Below are positions 10,886-24,852 of a stretch of 64,000 nt of DNA, in pieces (position 1 is the stretch's first letter; every line of letters begins with the position of its first letter). The notes beneath the pieces are model-generated. The model searched no databases and was not told where the DNA came from. It saw nothing but the letters and a program-made list of their open reading frames with translations. Origin of the DNA: Gracilinanus agilis. Taxonomy: Eukaryota. The position numbers and the translations under genes were made by a program. The stretch lies in assembly GCF_016433145.1 (NCBI RefSeq), contig NC_058131.1:144040862-144104861 (forward strand), read 5' to 3'.

Positions 10886-13800
10886 ATTTAAATCACTATA
10901 GCCTTCTAACTTTATAAGCCCAGGCGATCGTTGACATACCCATATGAAACCTAATTCTTATTTAAGAAACACAGGTAGTACAGGGGATAGAATTAATCAT
11001 GGATAAATTGTGCAATAATTTTGTCTGTCACAGTTTCCTCATCGTTAAAATAGAGATAACAGCACCTACCTCTCAGGATTGTTGTGGGGATAAGATGAAA
11101 TGGCATTTGTAAAGTGTTTTGTGAACCTTAAAGTGTTATATAAACACCAATCTTCTTTGCATGAAGTTCCTTTTAAAATGAGATTTTTTTTAGTGGGGGA
11201 TGGGAGGACATTATCCAGAGGTCTATGGTTAGTGATGGTAATTCTCCCAATATCCCAAGTGTTCAGCATTCCTCCCTTGTCTTATACACACATGAAATAA
11301 TTACAAATAGTTCACCTTTAATAAAAAAAATCCTCCTCATCCCTTAGAGTTTTAGCAGGTTTGCATTTTTGAACCAACGTGTAACTTATTTGTTCAGGGA
11401 GGTTCCTCTTTTTCCTCCTATGTCTCTTGAGTGGCCATGGGCTTTTTCTAAGCAAACATTTTTAGTCAGTAACAGAGTACTCCTGTTTGAAAAGCCACCC
11501 CTATTCATTCCTGACTCCTGAGACAGGGAAGAAGGCGCTGTCCTGTTTGGGGAAGAAATTTTCAAGACATTCTTAAGATCTTCCCTTTATTCTCTCTGGC
11601 ATCACCCAGGGAATTTCCAAGTGAAGTGGGGTGGGAGAGACTAGCTTTGGATCACAGTTAGAGAAGTATGATCGTTTGCTCAACCCACTTGCCAGTCACG
11701 CTAACAGACATTTGGAATTTTCTCCTGCCTCTAGCTTCACTTTCTATTAAAGCAGCTGTTTTTCAGACAGGTGATAAAATCTTTTCTGGGCTTGTTTCTA
11801 GACTGACTGGATCATTTTATATCTTTTTTGAGTAGTTGGTTTAGATACATGCAAATGAGAAAGCCAAAATATAGCCTATCCATAGTAGAGGCACCACATG
11901 AATCTTCAGCTGTTTGAAGAGTAACCCAACTATTGAGTCAATAATTTGACAAAGAATACACTTTATCTGTCTAGAAGGATTTTCTACACTCCCATTGAAA
12001 AGCCCCATTCATTTGTTCTAACTAGTAATTGATAAAGGAAACGAGTTCATAAAGCCTATTTTGTTATAATACTTTCTTGCACAGTTTTGTAACCTTGATG
12101 TTACCTCAGTTTTCCTACCCATAATATAGGTATGCAAACATTATCACAGCCTATGAAAGCCCATTATTTGTCATCTTGTTCACAGCAATATATTCAAGGA
12201 GAGGAAGATTCACTTTAGGTAGAATGGAACAGAGGAAAGAGAATTGAACTTGAAGCCACAAAGTATGAAATAAAATCTCAGCTTTGCTGTTTACTGTAAC
12301 CTGTGTGACCTTTGACGAGTCATTTAATTGACATCCCCAGGCTTCAATTTCCTCTTCTGTAAAATGAAGAGGGTTGAATTAGATAACAAGTGAGATGAAT
12401 AGTTAGAACATTTATTAAGTACTTCCTAAGCATTGTGGTAGGAGCCATAGATTCAAATCAAAGCAAGCAAGATAATTGCCACTAAGGATCATATTCTAGT
12501 AGGGAAATGTAATATATTAAGGAGAACTGGAAGGAAAGAGGTACATGGCTGGCTATGTCTTTCCCTATTTTGGCAAGGAATGTCCTTTAGCATTCTCAGG
12601 AAGATTCTCCTGATGGAAGAGTTATAAGTTTCCTTCATTGGTAGTGAGGGGATGAAGAGTAGGAGTCACCTGAGAAAGGACTGAACAACAACTCCCAGCT
12701 CACCTCTAGCCCCTTTTCCTCCATAGAGTTCTCTCCTAGAGGAACCTTTGAGATCACTGACACTATCTTTCGTTGAGCTAGGAAACCATCTTCTCCCCAG
12801 AGCCTCTCCAGCCCTAAAGCTGCATGTTAAATCCTAGAAGCACAATTTCATGAATAAAAGTTGCTCCTGGGAAGGCACTGATTGAATACATAGTTTCTCC
12901 TGTATCTCAGAAGGCTCACTGTAAGCCTATCTCCACAACACTAGCTGTTTCAGACTTCAAAACTCTTTAGCAACATTTCTCATCATACTAAGAGAACATA
13001 GATGGGATGTGTCCTCCTAGATGTCCTTTTCAGAGGGGAAGATTCTTGGAAAAGTTAAATAATCCACACAGGGGAGACAACACACACTGGGATCTCTCTC
13101 GTTTCTTCCATTTACTATTCAGCTATATCCCAGTGGTGTTCCTACACAGAAGGAGGGCTCAACAGTGATCTAGAGATTGAGTACTTCCTACCCCTAGCTC
13201 ACCTGTCACCTTTTTTCCCCCCTAGACTAATGATGACTCTGCCCATGCTTGGTATACCACTAGCTACTTCCTCCTACAATTTAGGTACTTAAATCTAAAA
13301 CCAGACAGTTCAAGATGTAATTGATACCTTGTTAATGTTCCCTCTCTGTCTTTCTGTGATTTATGTATAAATATATATATACATATATATATATATATAT
13401 TGTGTAAGAGCTCTTCAGTAACACAGAAGCAGTTGGAATGTTTTTTTTTTCATGCATTTGAAAACCCTGAATGAAAAGGATCTTTACCCCTACCCCTTTT
13501 TCTGATCCTGGGTCTCCCTATCTTACTCAGGCTAGAAGCACAGTAGCCACTCACTGGCCTTCTCTCAGTAGAGGATGGAAGGCATGGAAACTTTAGTCTT
13601 TAATTTTCTAACCTTGGCTAGTTTATCTTTCCTTAGGCAGTCTGGAGGTCTTCCACTCTTAGGAGTTCACTAGTAAGGTGAGGAAAGAGTGTAGACATTT
13701 GATCAATAGACCCCACTGCAGCTTCTGAACTCAACTGATTCACCAGTCTCAGTCTCCACAACGGTGGGTACTGTTGGCATATACCTCTATGCCTGGCCCT

Positions 13801-14589
13801 ATTTTAAAAATCTGGACCTTTGATTTCCTCAGAATATGAAACTTTCACTGGAGAAACTCCCTCAACCAAAGCAGTTGGTTACTATAGTTACTACATTAAG
13901 AATGATTGAAATAGAAAAAAAATGTTACATAATATGATGGAAAGAGCACTGACTTAATTGTGGGGATAAGATCTGCCCCGCCTCAATTTTTTAATCTGGA
14001 AACTGGGGATATTAATATCTGTTTTGCAAGTCATTGTGAGAATCAAATGATATGGTTTGGTGAAAACATTATAAAATTTAAAGACTATATAAATGTGAGC
14101 TATTCTAATGATTAACAACAAAATATTAATAAAATATTGTATCATTTAGAGTAGCCATCTCGCAAAATTTTGTAGTGTGATGAATTAAGGGGGACTTTCT
14201 GCTCCTTAGTGGATTCTACAATCTTTTGAAGCCCTGAGTATTCTCTTCTGTCTTCTCTTAAGGACTCTTCATATGCCTGGATTGACTGAAACTGTCCAAT
14301 TTGAGATGTTTCACGCCACTCTTCCCTCTCCCATATCAGAAAGACCAGTCCTGTACCCATTTCTTCAGAAGTACACTCTGCTATACATCAGAATTTAGTT
14401 GATAAGAGAGAAGAGTCCTTTATAAAGTGTTAACCAACTAATATGGAAGATTCCTGCCAAAAGACATAATCCTTTCTTAGGTAAGATGCATCCCTATTAA
14501 GAAGGCCATTAAAGACTAACATAATAATGGAGGAGATTTTTTGGATGGTAAGATAAATTATGGTGGTGGTTGCTGTGGGGTTATGTGCT

Positions 14590-14840
14590 TTTTGTAGTCA
14601 TTTAATCCCTTTTCAGTCATGTCCGACTCCATTCAGGATTTTCTTGCCAAATATACTGGAGTGGTTTGCCATTTATTTTTCAAGCTCATTTAACAGCTGA
14701 GGAAACTGAGTCAAACAGGGTTAAGTGATTTTACTAGCGCCACATAACTAGTAAGTGTCAGAGGCTAGATTTGAACTCAGAAAAATGGGTCTTCCTGACT
14801 TCAGACCCAGGGCTCTATCCATTGAGCCACCTAGCTGCTT
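14590..14840 (-). mobile_element. Mar1 SINE
   Basis: CAGTCATGTCCGACTC..ACTGGAGTGGTTTGCCATT plus CORE and tRNA-like head. Confidence 0.8.
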
Positions 14841-14894
14841 TTAGTGCCTCTTAAATCACACTATATGAGTGTGATCTATCACCAGTTTCAACTG

Positions 14895-15150
14895 TTACCC
14901 AGATAGCCAGGTGGTACAGTGGATAGAGCACAGGATCTGGAGTCAGGAAGACCTCATTTCAAATGTGGTCTTAGATACTTACTGTATGACCTGAACAAGT
15001 CATTTAACTTCCTTTTACTTCAATTTCCTTATTTGTAAAATGGAGGAAATAATTAGCAACTGCATCCCAGGATTGCTTTGAGGTGAAATGAAATAATATT
15101 TATAAAGCACTTCATAAATCCCAACACACTATATAAATGTTAGCTATTAT
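14895..15150 (+). mobile_element. MIR / CORE-SINE
   Basis: GGTGGTACAGTGGATAGAGC..GGAGTCAGGAAGACC..TTCAAAT..CCTTATTTGTAAAATGG..GCTAT. Confidence 0.85.
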
Positions 15151-15279
15151 TTTTGTTGTTACTTAGGTGTTATTGATGGTAGTCTCTTTTGCTAGTGCTC
15201 ATCTGTGTTTTGTCTCATATGCCTGGATGTAATCCAGGGATTTGTTCTATCTATACTTTGTATTTTAGTGATCCTATCA

Positions 15280-16520
15280 TTTTGCAAAGTTTCAATTATC
15301 TCTATGCACATGATTCTCAGATTACCTACTAAGTCACTGCTTCTCTCCTGAATTCCAGGTTCATATTGCAAATTGCCTGTTGGATATCTCTACATGGATG
15401 TCTAAACAGCACCTCCAATTCAATAATGTGTCCAAGATGGCATTCATGATCCATTTCTCAAATCCACTCCATCTTCCAAACTTCCTTGTTTTTATTGAGG
15501 ACGGCATTCTTCAGGCACCCATATTCATAACCTCAGTGCCATTCTTGACTCTTCATTCTCCTTCCTTATATGAACCTAAATAGTTATTAAATCTGGTCAA
15601 TTATATTCTTTAATCTTACATGCCTTTTGCCCCACTCATATGCCTACCACCCTCATTCAAGATTTCTTTGCCTTTCATTTGAACCATTTTAAAATCTTGG
15701 TATCCCTATCCAAGGTTGTCATCATCCTAATCCAATAATACTCACCTCCCAGGGTTGTTGTGAGGATCAAATGGAATACTTAGCACGTGCCTGGCACATA
15801 GTAGGTACTCTAAAAAATGTCTGTTTATTTTTTCTTTTCCTCCTTAGCTGCCAGATTGATATTCCTAAAGCCCAGGTCTAAAGCTTTTGCTACCTTATTT
15901 CTCAAGAACGTTAACTGGCTCCCTGTTAATTCAAGGATAAAATACAAATTCCTCTGATTGGCATTTTAAGCCCTTAACGATCTTGCTTTCTATCTTTCCA
16001 GGCTGACTTTCCATTATTGCCCCTTATACATTTTATGTTCAAGCCAAACTTTGCTTCTCATTCCCCATATATGATATTGTATTTCCAAACTTTTTGTTTT
16101 TATGTCAACTATCTTCCCTATCTGAAATGCCCTCCTTCCTTATCTCTCTTTCATAATCCTTAGTTTCATTCTAGACCCAGATCGAGGGCCATCTCTTACA
16201 CAGGGCCTTTCCTGATGCTCCAATTATAAATTGTTCCCTACCCCAAGAATGTTATGTACTTATTATTTTTTACTGGTGTACTTATTGTCCTCTCAAGGAG
16301 CCTTAATAATAATTGCTCACATTTATATGGTCCTTTAAGGTTTGCAAATTGTTTTACACATTTGATCATTTGATTCTCATAGCAATATTTTATTGATAAG
16401 AAAACCAAGTAGAATGTAAGCACTTTGAGGGCAGAAACTTTTGTCAGTTTGTGTATTTGTATCCCCTACTCCTAGCATGGTGCCTGACACATAATAGGCA
16501 GCTAATAAATACTTAATTGG
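15280..16520 (+). mobile_element. L2 LINE fragment interrupted by MIRs
   Basis: TGGATATCTC..TGGATGTCTAAACAGCACCTCCAATTCAA body, ending CCTAGCATGGTGCCTGACACATAATAGGCAGCTAATAAAT. Confidence 0.7.
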
Positions 16521-19289
16521 ATCGGATTAAATTAAATGATAGGCCTGAGTAGGATGCTACATATTGTTAAGGAACAATTTCTCATAAAAATAACAAAAGA
16601 TGAACAATCTACTAATTTATTAAATAAATTCAAATAACAAACAACAGAATATAAATGTATATGTGATATAAATGTATAAAACATTAAAATATAGCATAAA
16701 TGCTATAGAATATGATATATTGTAAATGTATAATATAAATGTAAAGGATGTCATCAGAGATATATAGTGGGCTGGGAAGAAGGTGAGACATTAATGTAGT
16801 GACCCCCGGGGATAAGTGAAAGACAGTGCAGGATTGAGTTTGGCATCAGAGGACCAGGTTCAGCTTTTTACTACCACTTAAATTCTCTAAGTCTTAGTTT
16901 CCTCATTAGAATAAATGAAGGGTTAAACACACTGACCTCTATTGTTTCTATGATATGATGCTCTCCTCTATCCTTCCAGCTCCTAATGTTCTCTCTCCAA
17001 AAATTACTTTGTATTTATTTGGCATCTGTTATATTTATACTTATCCCTGTATATGTTACTTCTTCCAATTGAATGCAAGCTCCTTATGGGCAGAGAATCT
17101 TTTTGAGGGATCTGAAGCCAACATGGTTGATTTGCCCAGAATCATTTAGCTAATGTTAGAGGCCAGATTTGAATTTGAGAAGATGAACCTTCCTCATTCT
17201 AGACCTGACACTTCATCTGCTGGTTGCCTAATTTCCCTGATGCCCTAGCCTAACTTCTTCCCCCATGTTCTTTCACAGCTCATGTTCTTCCTCGATAGAA
17301 AAGATTTGCTCTTGTTCTAGTTCACTGCCTGTTGTCTAGACAGAATTCTAAGAAGAGAACCTCAGTAATAGGAAAAATGCCAGGAAGAACCAATGCAGGC
17401 TTTTCAGAAGAGCATGTTTATAGTATAATCATTTGTAGTTTCAAAGTACTTAATTGGAACTTAAATCTTTTTTTTCCTTTTTACTCCTCTATCAACACCT
17501 CTACCTCCCAAAGAACACCAGACAGCCCCTATTCTGTAGATAAAGGAACTGGAAGTCTAGAAGAGCTAGATAGTGTCACCAATGATGGGCCAGTAGCTGA
17601 GCCAGGACAAGGGCTGGAGTTCTGGGCTTACACGCTTTGCTGCCCTCAGTCATCAGGCCTTCCTCCTCCCCCAACGTTTGAAAGCAGGAGATTTGGATGG
17701 GGCCTGCTTTGTATTCCTGACTCTCATGGCTGCCAGGCTGAACTCCGTACCACATATTTTTTTAAAGGCCCAGGGCTCAATCAGGGTTCCCCAGATGTGA
17801 AACGTCTAGGAATGGATCCCAGGCAGCTGATGGAATTTTCTACTTGGTTATTAATGGTGCCAGTCAAATCTCCTTCATCCTTGGGCTTGCTGCACACATT
17901 AGGTATTTGGCCTTTATGAACTTCCTCCAACCTAAACCAGAGGAAACTGCCATCTGAAGCTGTCACTGCCCCAGGAGCCTTGGCCCTTCCATGCGAGCTT
18001 GCTTGGAGGGCTGTGAGGCAGCACTTTTCAGAAATGATGTAAAAACACAGCCTCTCCCAGCAGTTCCCCAGCTCCCTCAGGCAGTGACAGTATCTTGGAT
18101 CCTTCTACTAGCGGCAGCTGCTTTGGGTCCCACCAATTCATCACATTTGTGATGGAGAATTGCTGTTTCCAATGCAATCTCTTGGCTCTCACACCAAGCC
18201 CCAGTTACTGCATTTGGAAGTGATTTAAGACTCAGAAAGGATACAGATCGAGGAAACTCCAAAGTGCTCTTTTCTATTTATGGCCACCCACTTTCGAAGC
18301 CGAGAAAGTGGGATTTGTTGAAGCTGAAGGGAAACTGTCTAAAATCAAGAAAGATGGTAGCCAGCAAGAGGGGGTGGGTCCAAGAGAGCTCTCATCACTG
18401 GCTTCAGTGGAGTCTTCTGTCGACTCAAATGCCTAAGGGCCTAGTCTAGGCTTGGGGTTGGGGAGGAGAATGTATCTTTATGTGCCCATTTTTCTTAACT
18501 CACTGTTACCCAGCCAACTTGGCCTCGATTTCGAGTGGTTTCTCTTACTGCCTGATATCTTGTTGCTCCATTTATCCCGAGCCCATCTTCTAATTCCATG
18601 GGGGCTATTTATTTCCCCAAATATAAAAGTATATTACTGGATTGCCTCATTCAGTAAGACAAAGACATATCTGTAAAAAAGAAGTATCAGTACTCAATGA
18701 AACCTTCTTGAAGTCTTCTAGTAGTGGGGCTAATAACCTAGAGGACTTCATTTGTACCTCCTGAATGCATATACATCATGTATAACCACAGTCCCAAAGC
18801 CTGCTGGTAGGAGACTCTGTATAGTGGAAGATCAATGCCCCATGCCTATGTGAAGGGTGGGACAGAGTTGGCCAGGCTCTTTGATTATCTTTGGACTCTG
18901 TAGTTCCTTTAAGGGCTTCTGGATTCTGAGAGGAAATAAGGAAGATCCCTCTCCATTTCAGGGTACTGAGGGAAAAGACTCTGGGAAGGAGTTGATGTGA
19001 GAGTTTTTTCACTACAGTTATTTGTGTAGGTGTCACATCCCAGCACTTGACTGTAAGTTCTATGAGGGCAGAGACTATGATATCATCACCTGGAAAAGTT
19101 CTTTGTAAAGAGTAACCACTCAAAAGATGGTCCTTCACTTTCTCCCCACCTCCACTTTCACCTTGTTTTCTTCAAAGCACAACTCAGATTCTATGTCCTA
19201 CTCTTACCTGTTTGTATTTATGGAATTATTTTGCCTTAATTTTGTGACAAGGGTTATGCAGAATAGGCACAGATATGCTCTGCCTACTT

Positions 19290-19510
19290 CTTATAGACCT
19301 GAAACTTTTAGATTTTCAATACATATATTACTACATCACAAATTCAGGGATTTTAAAAAATGTTTTGATCACTATATTTCATTATAAATGGTTTCCTTTG
19401 TAAATGATCATGTTTTACTTTATGCATTTAAAAACTTATTCTGAGACGGGTCCTATAGGACTCACTTGATAACCAAAGGGCCTAATTACTGAAAAAGTAA
19501 AGAATCCTTG
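19290..19510 (+). mobile_element. Non-autonomous hAT/Charlie-like DNA transposon
   Basis: GGTTTCCTTTGTAA..TTTATGCATTTAAAAACTTATTCTGAGACGGGTCC..CCAAAGGG. Confidence 0.6.
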
Positions 19511-20639
19511 TTGTAGATCATGTGAGAGCTCTGAGGGGGGCAGCTTCCAGTAATACAAAACATCACTGAGAGTTCCTTAATTGGCTACTGAGGCAGAAGA
19601 GCTGATGACTTGGGAACCTTTTAAAAGAGGAGACAGTTCTGGGTCTCTTAGCTATGACTTCAGGTAACAAGATTTAATTTTCAGTGAGGAGTCAAGGACA
19701 GTCCTTCTCTACTCAAATATACACCATTCCCTACATAGACTGTGGATTCAAGGAAACAGGTTTGTAACATGGGCCAGGGCTGCCTACCTCTTTTGTGTCT
19801 TCTTTCCTTTTATAGGAGACTTAGTAAATTTTGAAAAGTCAAGATGTTTAATGTGACAGTGGCAATGCATGCCAGAGTGGTAGAAATTTTAGCAAAGCAG
19901 AGACAGGCTGGCATCAAGTAAAACATCTACCCTAAATAGAGTGACTGCTGTCAGGAGAAGGGGGTAAGCCTGGCTTGTTTTGTACATTTGTACAACAAGT
20001 TGTTTGGATAATATCCAAAGAAGTAGAAATATAATATGGCTAATTAGCAGCCTAGCAAAAACTATTTTATGTCTCAATGAAGCTTAATTATTGCCCTCCC
20101 AGTAGACTGTATCAGTGGTTATAAATTAAATTATTGGATCCTGCTATAATCATTCTGTTAGTGTGAACTATGACTATCATGCTTATTATTTTATATGGAC
20201 ACAAATAGTCTGCCCTATACTTGATTCATATTGGCCATCTTTCTTTGGGACATCTAGACACGGGCTATAACTTTTGCTGTAATTAGCATCATCCCTGGGG
20301 CTTTAATGAGCCAATGATTGTGAGAACAGAGGAGCCCCTAATTAGAAGTCAATACTCTATGAATGAAGTTGGAACAAACTATAGTGGCTGAGTACAAGCC
20401 AAGAAGTAGTGTAGGTTGATAGCCCTTGAGAGTTCCAGTCAAGCAGTGCCTCTGTGCTATGGCTATGCTTTTTATAAATCTTGCATTTACCTGTATATAT
20501 TGTAGCATTGCCACTCCTAATAGTATTGAAATTCTTTAAAGTCAGGGAACATTGGGTTTTTATTTTCAAATTAGTAGGACCCAACACACTGCTTTCAACT
20601 TAGTAAATGTCTGGTGATATTTTTGAGGAGGTGTCAAAG

Positions 20640-21115
20640 AAATGGGGAAAAAACTATCATTTGAAGAATGGCTAAAAAATTATAGTATGTGACTAAAGAT
20701 AATTGTACCTTATAAACATTAAGAATTAAGAGAAGCTTGGGAAGATTTATATGAACTGATACAGAGTGAAGAAAACAGAACCAGGAAAACAATATGTAAT
20801 AATTACAATATGAATAGGAAAAAAACCCACTAAATTTCAGGGAATTTTGGTTAAGTTTTGTCCTAGAGAAGAATTCACAAAATGTACCTTCCTTACCTCT
20901 TCGGGGAAGTAAAGGATTATGAGTATGAAACATTACATATACTATCAGATATTGCTGATTTGTTAGTTGGTTTTACTGAACAGCATTTTCTTTTTTTATT
21001 CTTTGTTAGAAACAATGACTCTCTAGGAAGGGATAAGCATAGGAACATATTCAAATATTAAAACTAAGTAAAAACAAAATATAGAAATAAAAGAATAAGA
21101 AAATCTAAAAAAAAA
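20640..21115 (+). mobile_element. Marsupial L1 3' fragment
   Basis: GGGAAGATTTATATGAACTGATACAGAGTGAAG..CAGAACCAGGAAAACAAT ending in an A-rich tail. Confidence 0.75.
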
Positions 21116-24100
21116 CCCAGCCCAAAACAAATTATTTTTTTGAATTGCATTGAAAAGGACATTAGGAATGAAGGAGCTCTTAGAGTTCTCTCTGCCTCCT
21201 GCCCTCCTGCTTCCCTCTTCTCCCAACAGGATGCCTGAACTTTGCCAAACATACATTTCAATTGGCCATTACCAACTGGATGTCACACTGATGATGTTAC
21301 AAATGACTTGCTTCAATGATTCAGAGGACGTTCCATTATTCCCATAAGAAAGTATTTTATTTTCCATGCCTTAAAATTTTTCATGAGATTTATATATGGC
21401 TATTGTTTGTCAGAATGTCCAAATATGACTTTTTTCAATTAATCATGTTTTCTTTCCCTCTCTCTTCTCCCTCTCCTCAGCTTGGGTGCCCCCAATTCCC
21501 TTCCACTTCAACCCCTCCCTTCCCCCCCTTTTTTTGGGTAGTGCCAACAGTAGAGAAGGAGGAATTTCTGGAGAGATGCCAAATTTGGCTTCAGATCATT
21601 TCTCTTCAACACACACTGGCCTCTGAAAACCAGATTCTGTTTGTCATTTGCTTTACTTTGCTCTCCCAGCATTGTGTCATTCTGATGGTAATGCTGATGG
21701 ATTTCAAGCTTGCCTCGCAGAGTAACGCACAAGGTTTTCATAAGCACATTAATCTTAAAAGAAAAACTGTCAGATGCAAACAATACCCGTATGGCTGATG
21801 TTGCAAAGGCCTACTAACTCTTAACATCCATTTCCAGGGAATATTATCTTTCAGAGGCACTATGTTTTCTTGAACTACATTCTAATATACCTGTGTTTTA
21901 GGTTTTCAGGGTATCGAAAAGGCTAGCTTTATAAGTCCTAGGTGGCTGATTAAAGGCAATTCAACACATTTGCCAAAAGCAAATAATCTGAGAGATCACA
22001 TGGCAGGGATAGGAAGGCCATGATTACAAGAAACATGTAATTACATTAGTTTTCAAATAATGTAATATAAGTAGTTCTTATTAATGCTAAATTGGTAATT
22101 CATTATATCCTTAGGAGTACCATGGCTTGTGCATAATATGAAGGGATTGTTAGTAGCAAATGAACTGCTTGGGCCAGATTCTCTCCCTTGTGGAAGAGTT
22201 CCTAACTCAAATGCTTCTATTTGGAAGGCATTTTCCCTCTTTGTTCCAAAGTTAGCAGAATGTGTGGTATGAATTAAGCATCTGAGATGACTCTAAACGT
22301 CATTTGGAAGCTTGCCAGGCCACAAGCAAGAACAAGCCAGTAGCTTGTTTTAATTTAATGGTGTTGAAGTGTTCCACTATAATTAAGCATCTGAAAATTA
22401 AATAGAAACAGTCATTAAGCTCAGCAATACAAAGCCACCAGACCAAAGAATATAAATTGTTTTAAATAGAAATCCCCCCAAACTTTGTCATTTGGGGCTT
22501 TGAGATCGCCCGCTTCAATGGAGGGTGGGGGTGAGGGTGAAGGGCAGACTGGAGAGACCATTGGCATTCAATGCCATCAAAATTAATGAGCACAGACAGT
22601 TAATCTAGGGGGATTGAGGTTGTCATATGTTCAGCATTTTTTTTTCTTAGTGGTAGCAATACTGGGTTTAAAAAATTGCTGAGGTGATTGGACAAGATTA
22701 AACCCAACCTATGTATTGTTAATCACACCCTATTCCTATGAAGATGGTATGAATCACCACTGGGGAGAGAAGTACAACAAAATAAATGAATGACACACAA
22801 AGATAGATGGAATTTTTTTTAAACCTCTACCATTTTAGGTTGGTGCACTCAGTTAGCAGAGTGGTCCTTTTCACCATTTAGATCCATAGATTATATGGTT
22901 TATATAGTTGCAACTGCTCAGTCTGGTCCTATCCTACACTTCTGACAATTTAAGGAACATGGGGAGATTTTCCTATGGCGGGTGTTAGAAAGAATAAGTA
23001 AATATTTTGTATAATCCTCCTTATGGTTCTTTAGGAAGTTTTTTCTCATGTCAAAAAAACCTGTCATTTAATTTGACTAATCCAGGTATCTCATTTATTC
23101 TCCGGTTCACTGCATAAGTTCATGGAAACTCTGAGCTCATAGAATTTCCATTGGTATGGTCTTGGTCTGGCAAATGAGAGGCAATTTCACGTAGTGGGGT
23201 GTGGGAAAAGTGTTGGATCTAGAGGCAGGAGACAGAGGTTCAAGTCCCAATGCTGACCATGTGTGATTCATCTAAGTCTAAAAAGCTTTTTCAGTGTAAT
23301 AAGGAGAGTGCTTGCTTCATTCAGGGGACTGTATGTCTCCTATAGAATGAGCAAAGACCTATGTTCCAACCTTACCTCTAACATGTACTAACTGTAGGAC
23401 CATGAATCAAACACTTTACTTTTCTGTGCTTATTTCCTCATGTCTAAAATGGGGATTTTATCACCTGCATAAAAGTGTTACTGTGAGGATCAAATAGGTT
23501 AATGTAGATAAAAATCCTTGTAAGCTTTAAAATAATAATGAATGTCAGCCATTTTTGTTGCTATGCTATCTTTCTGATGCTCAGTTTCCTTATCTGTAAG
23601 ATGGGGTTGACAAAATTTACTAGCTGCATCAGAGGAAGCTCTTTGTAAACTATAAAGCACTATATAAATACAAACTCGTATGAAATGTGTGCATATAAGC
23701 CTCCTGGATTGTCCTAAATGCATCCTCTTTGTTCCCTGGATAGCCTTCTTCCTAAGTGGGCTGAAACTAATCCACAGTCATACATGACAATTTAGCTGAG
23801 GATATAATGACAATTTACAGAATTAAAGTCTCCTCTGTCCCATTGATATCATATGCTTAAATATTCCCAAAGGAATTAGTACAAAACCTTATTTTCCATT
23901 GAGCATATTAGGAAATATAGACATAGAGGGACAAAATGAATTTTTCTAGTCTCCTCAGCAATAGATATCAGAGCCAGGATTTAAACCCATGTTTTCACTG
24001 ATTTCAAACCCAATGCCCATTTCTATACAAAGTGGGTCTAATGTAGCCAGATGATAGACATCAGCACAGGGTGATTTTATTTCACAAGAATGTATTTTGC

Positions 24101-24852
24101 TAAGAGCTTCCTGATGTGGGGGGATGTGGTCACACTCCATATTATCCAATGACTGTTTCAGGGCAATCTTGGAATCTTTCTGCTTAGGTGCTATAGAGGA
24201 ATTGGTAAGGTGGAAATGATATCCGTTGACACCAGTTTCATCAGCAGACAAGCAAAGTCAACATTGGTGGGTTTGACATCACCTGAATTTGTTTTGCCTA
24301 TCTCAGTTGCTTATATGATGACTAAACATCCAGTTGGCTTTTTTTTTCCTCACATGAGCAGCAGTATTTCCCGAAAAATATAGTCAGGTGAAGAATGTTT
24401 TATCAATAATAAGAATCATGTTTTCTTTGGAAGCAACTGCCCAGTTTCCACCACAGTCCCCTTAACTTTGTCTCTGCTAGGCTGCAACCCTTAAAGGTCC
24501 AGTAGTATTCCAAGGGTTACCCTTCACTTATATGGTTTTACTGCCTGGTTGTAAACCTCTCCTCACCTCTGAAGTTCAGCCTTGAAATGGTTTCTATTTG
24601 TACAGATGGGAGGAATGTTTCCTCTGAGCAATTTTTAAATTAAAAACACCCAGTGTTCATTTTATTTTGTTAAAATTATAGGGTTATCTTTTAAACTCCT
24701 GAAATGCAGAACCCAATTATTTTATTTTTAACAGATTGAAGTGCTGATACATTATAATACAGATTGCTCTCATTTGAAAATATTAAATTCGTTCTTTATT
24801 TTTCCTCATAACAAAGCATCTTTGACAAAAAATCTTATTGATCTTAATTGAT

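Noticed and set aside
17332-17919. 195-aa ORF on +
   Set aside because: TTG start, runs through a MIR fragment, no recognisable domain or splice pattern; likely chance.
21316-21798. 160-aa ORF on +
   Set aside because: Low-complexity F/P/S composition from pyrimidine-rich DNA; no homology recognised.
22272-22394. TWIST1-homeodomain 'Coordinator' motif
   Set aside because: That motif needs a longer A-rich spacer between the homeodomain site and E-box; here the spacer is about 1 bp.
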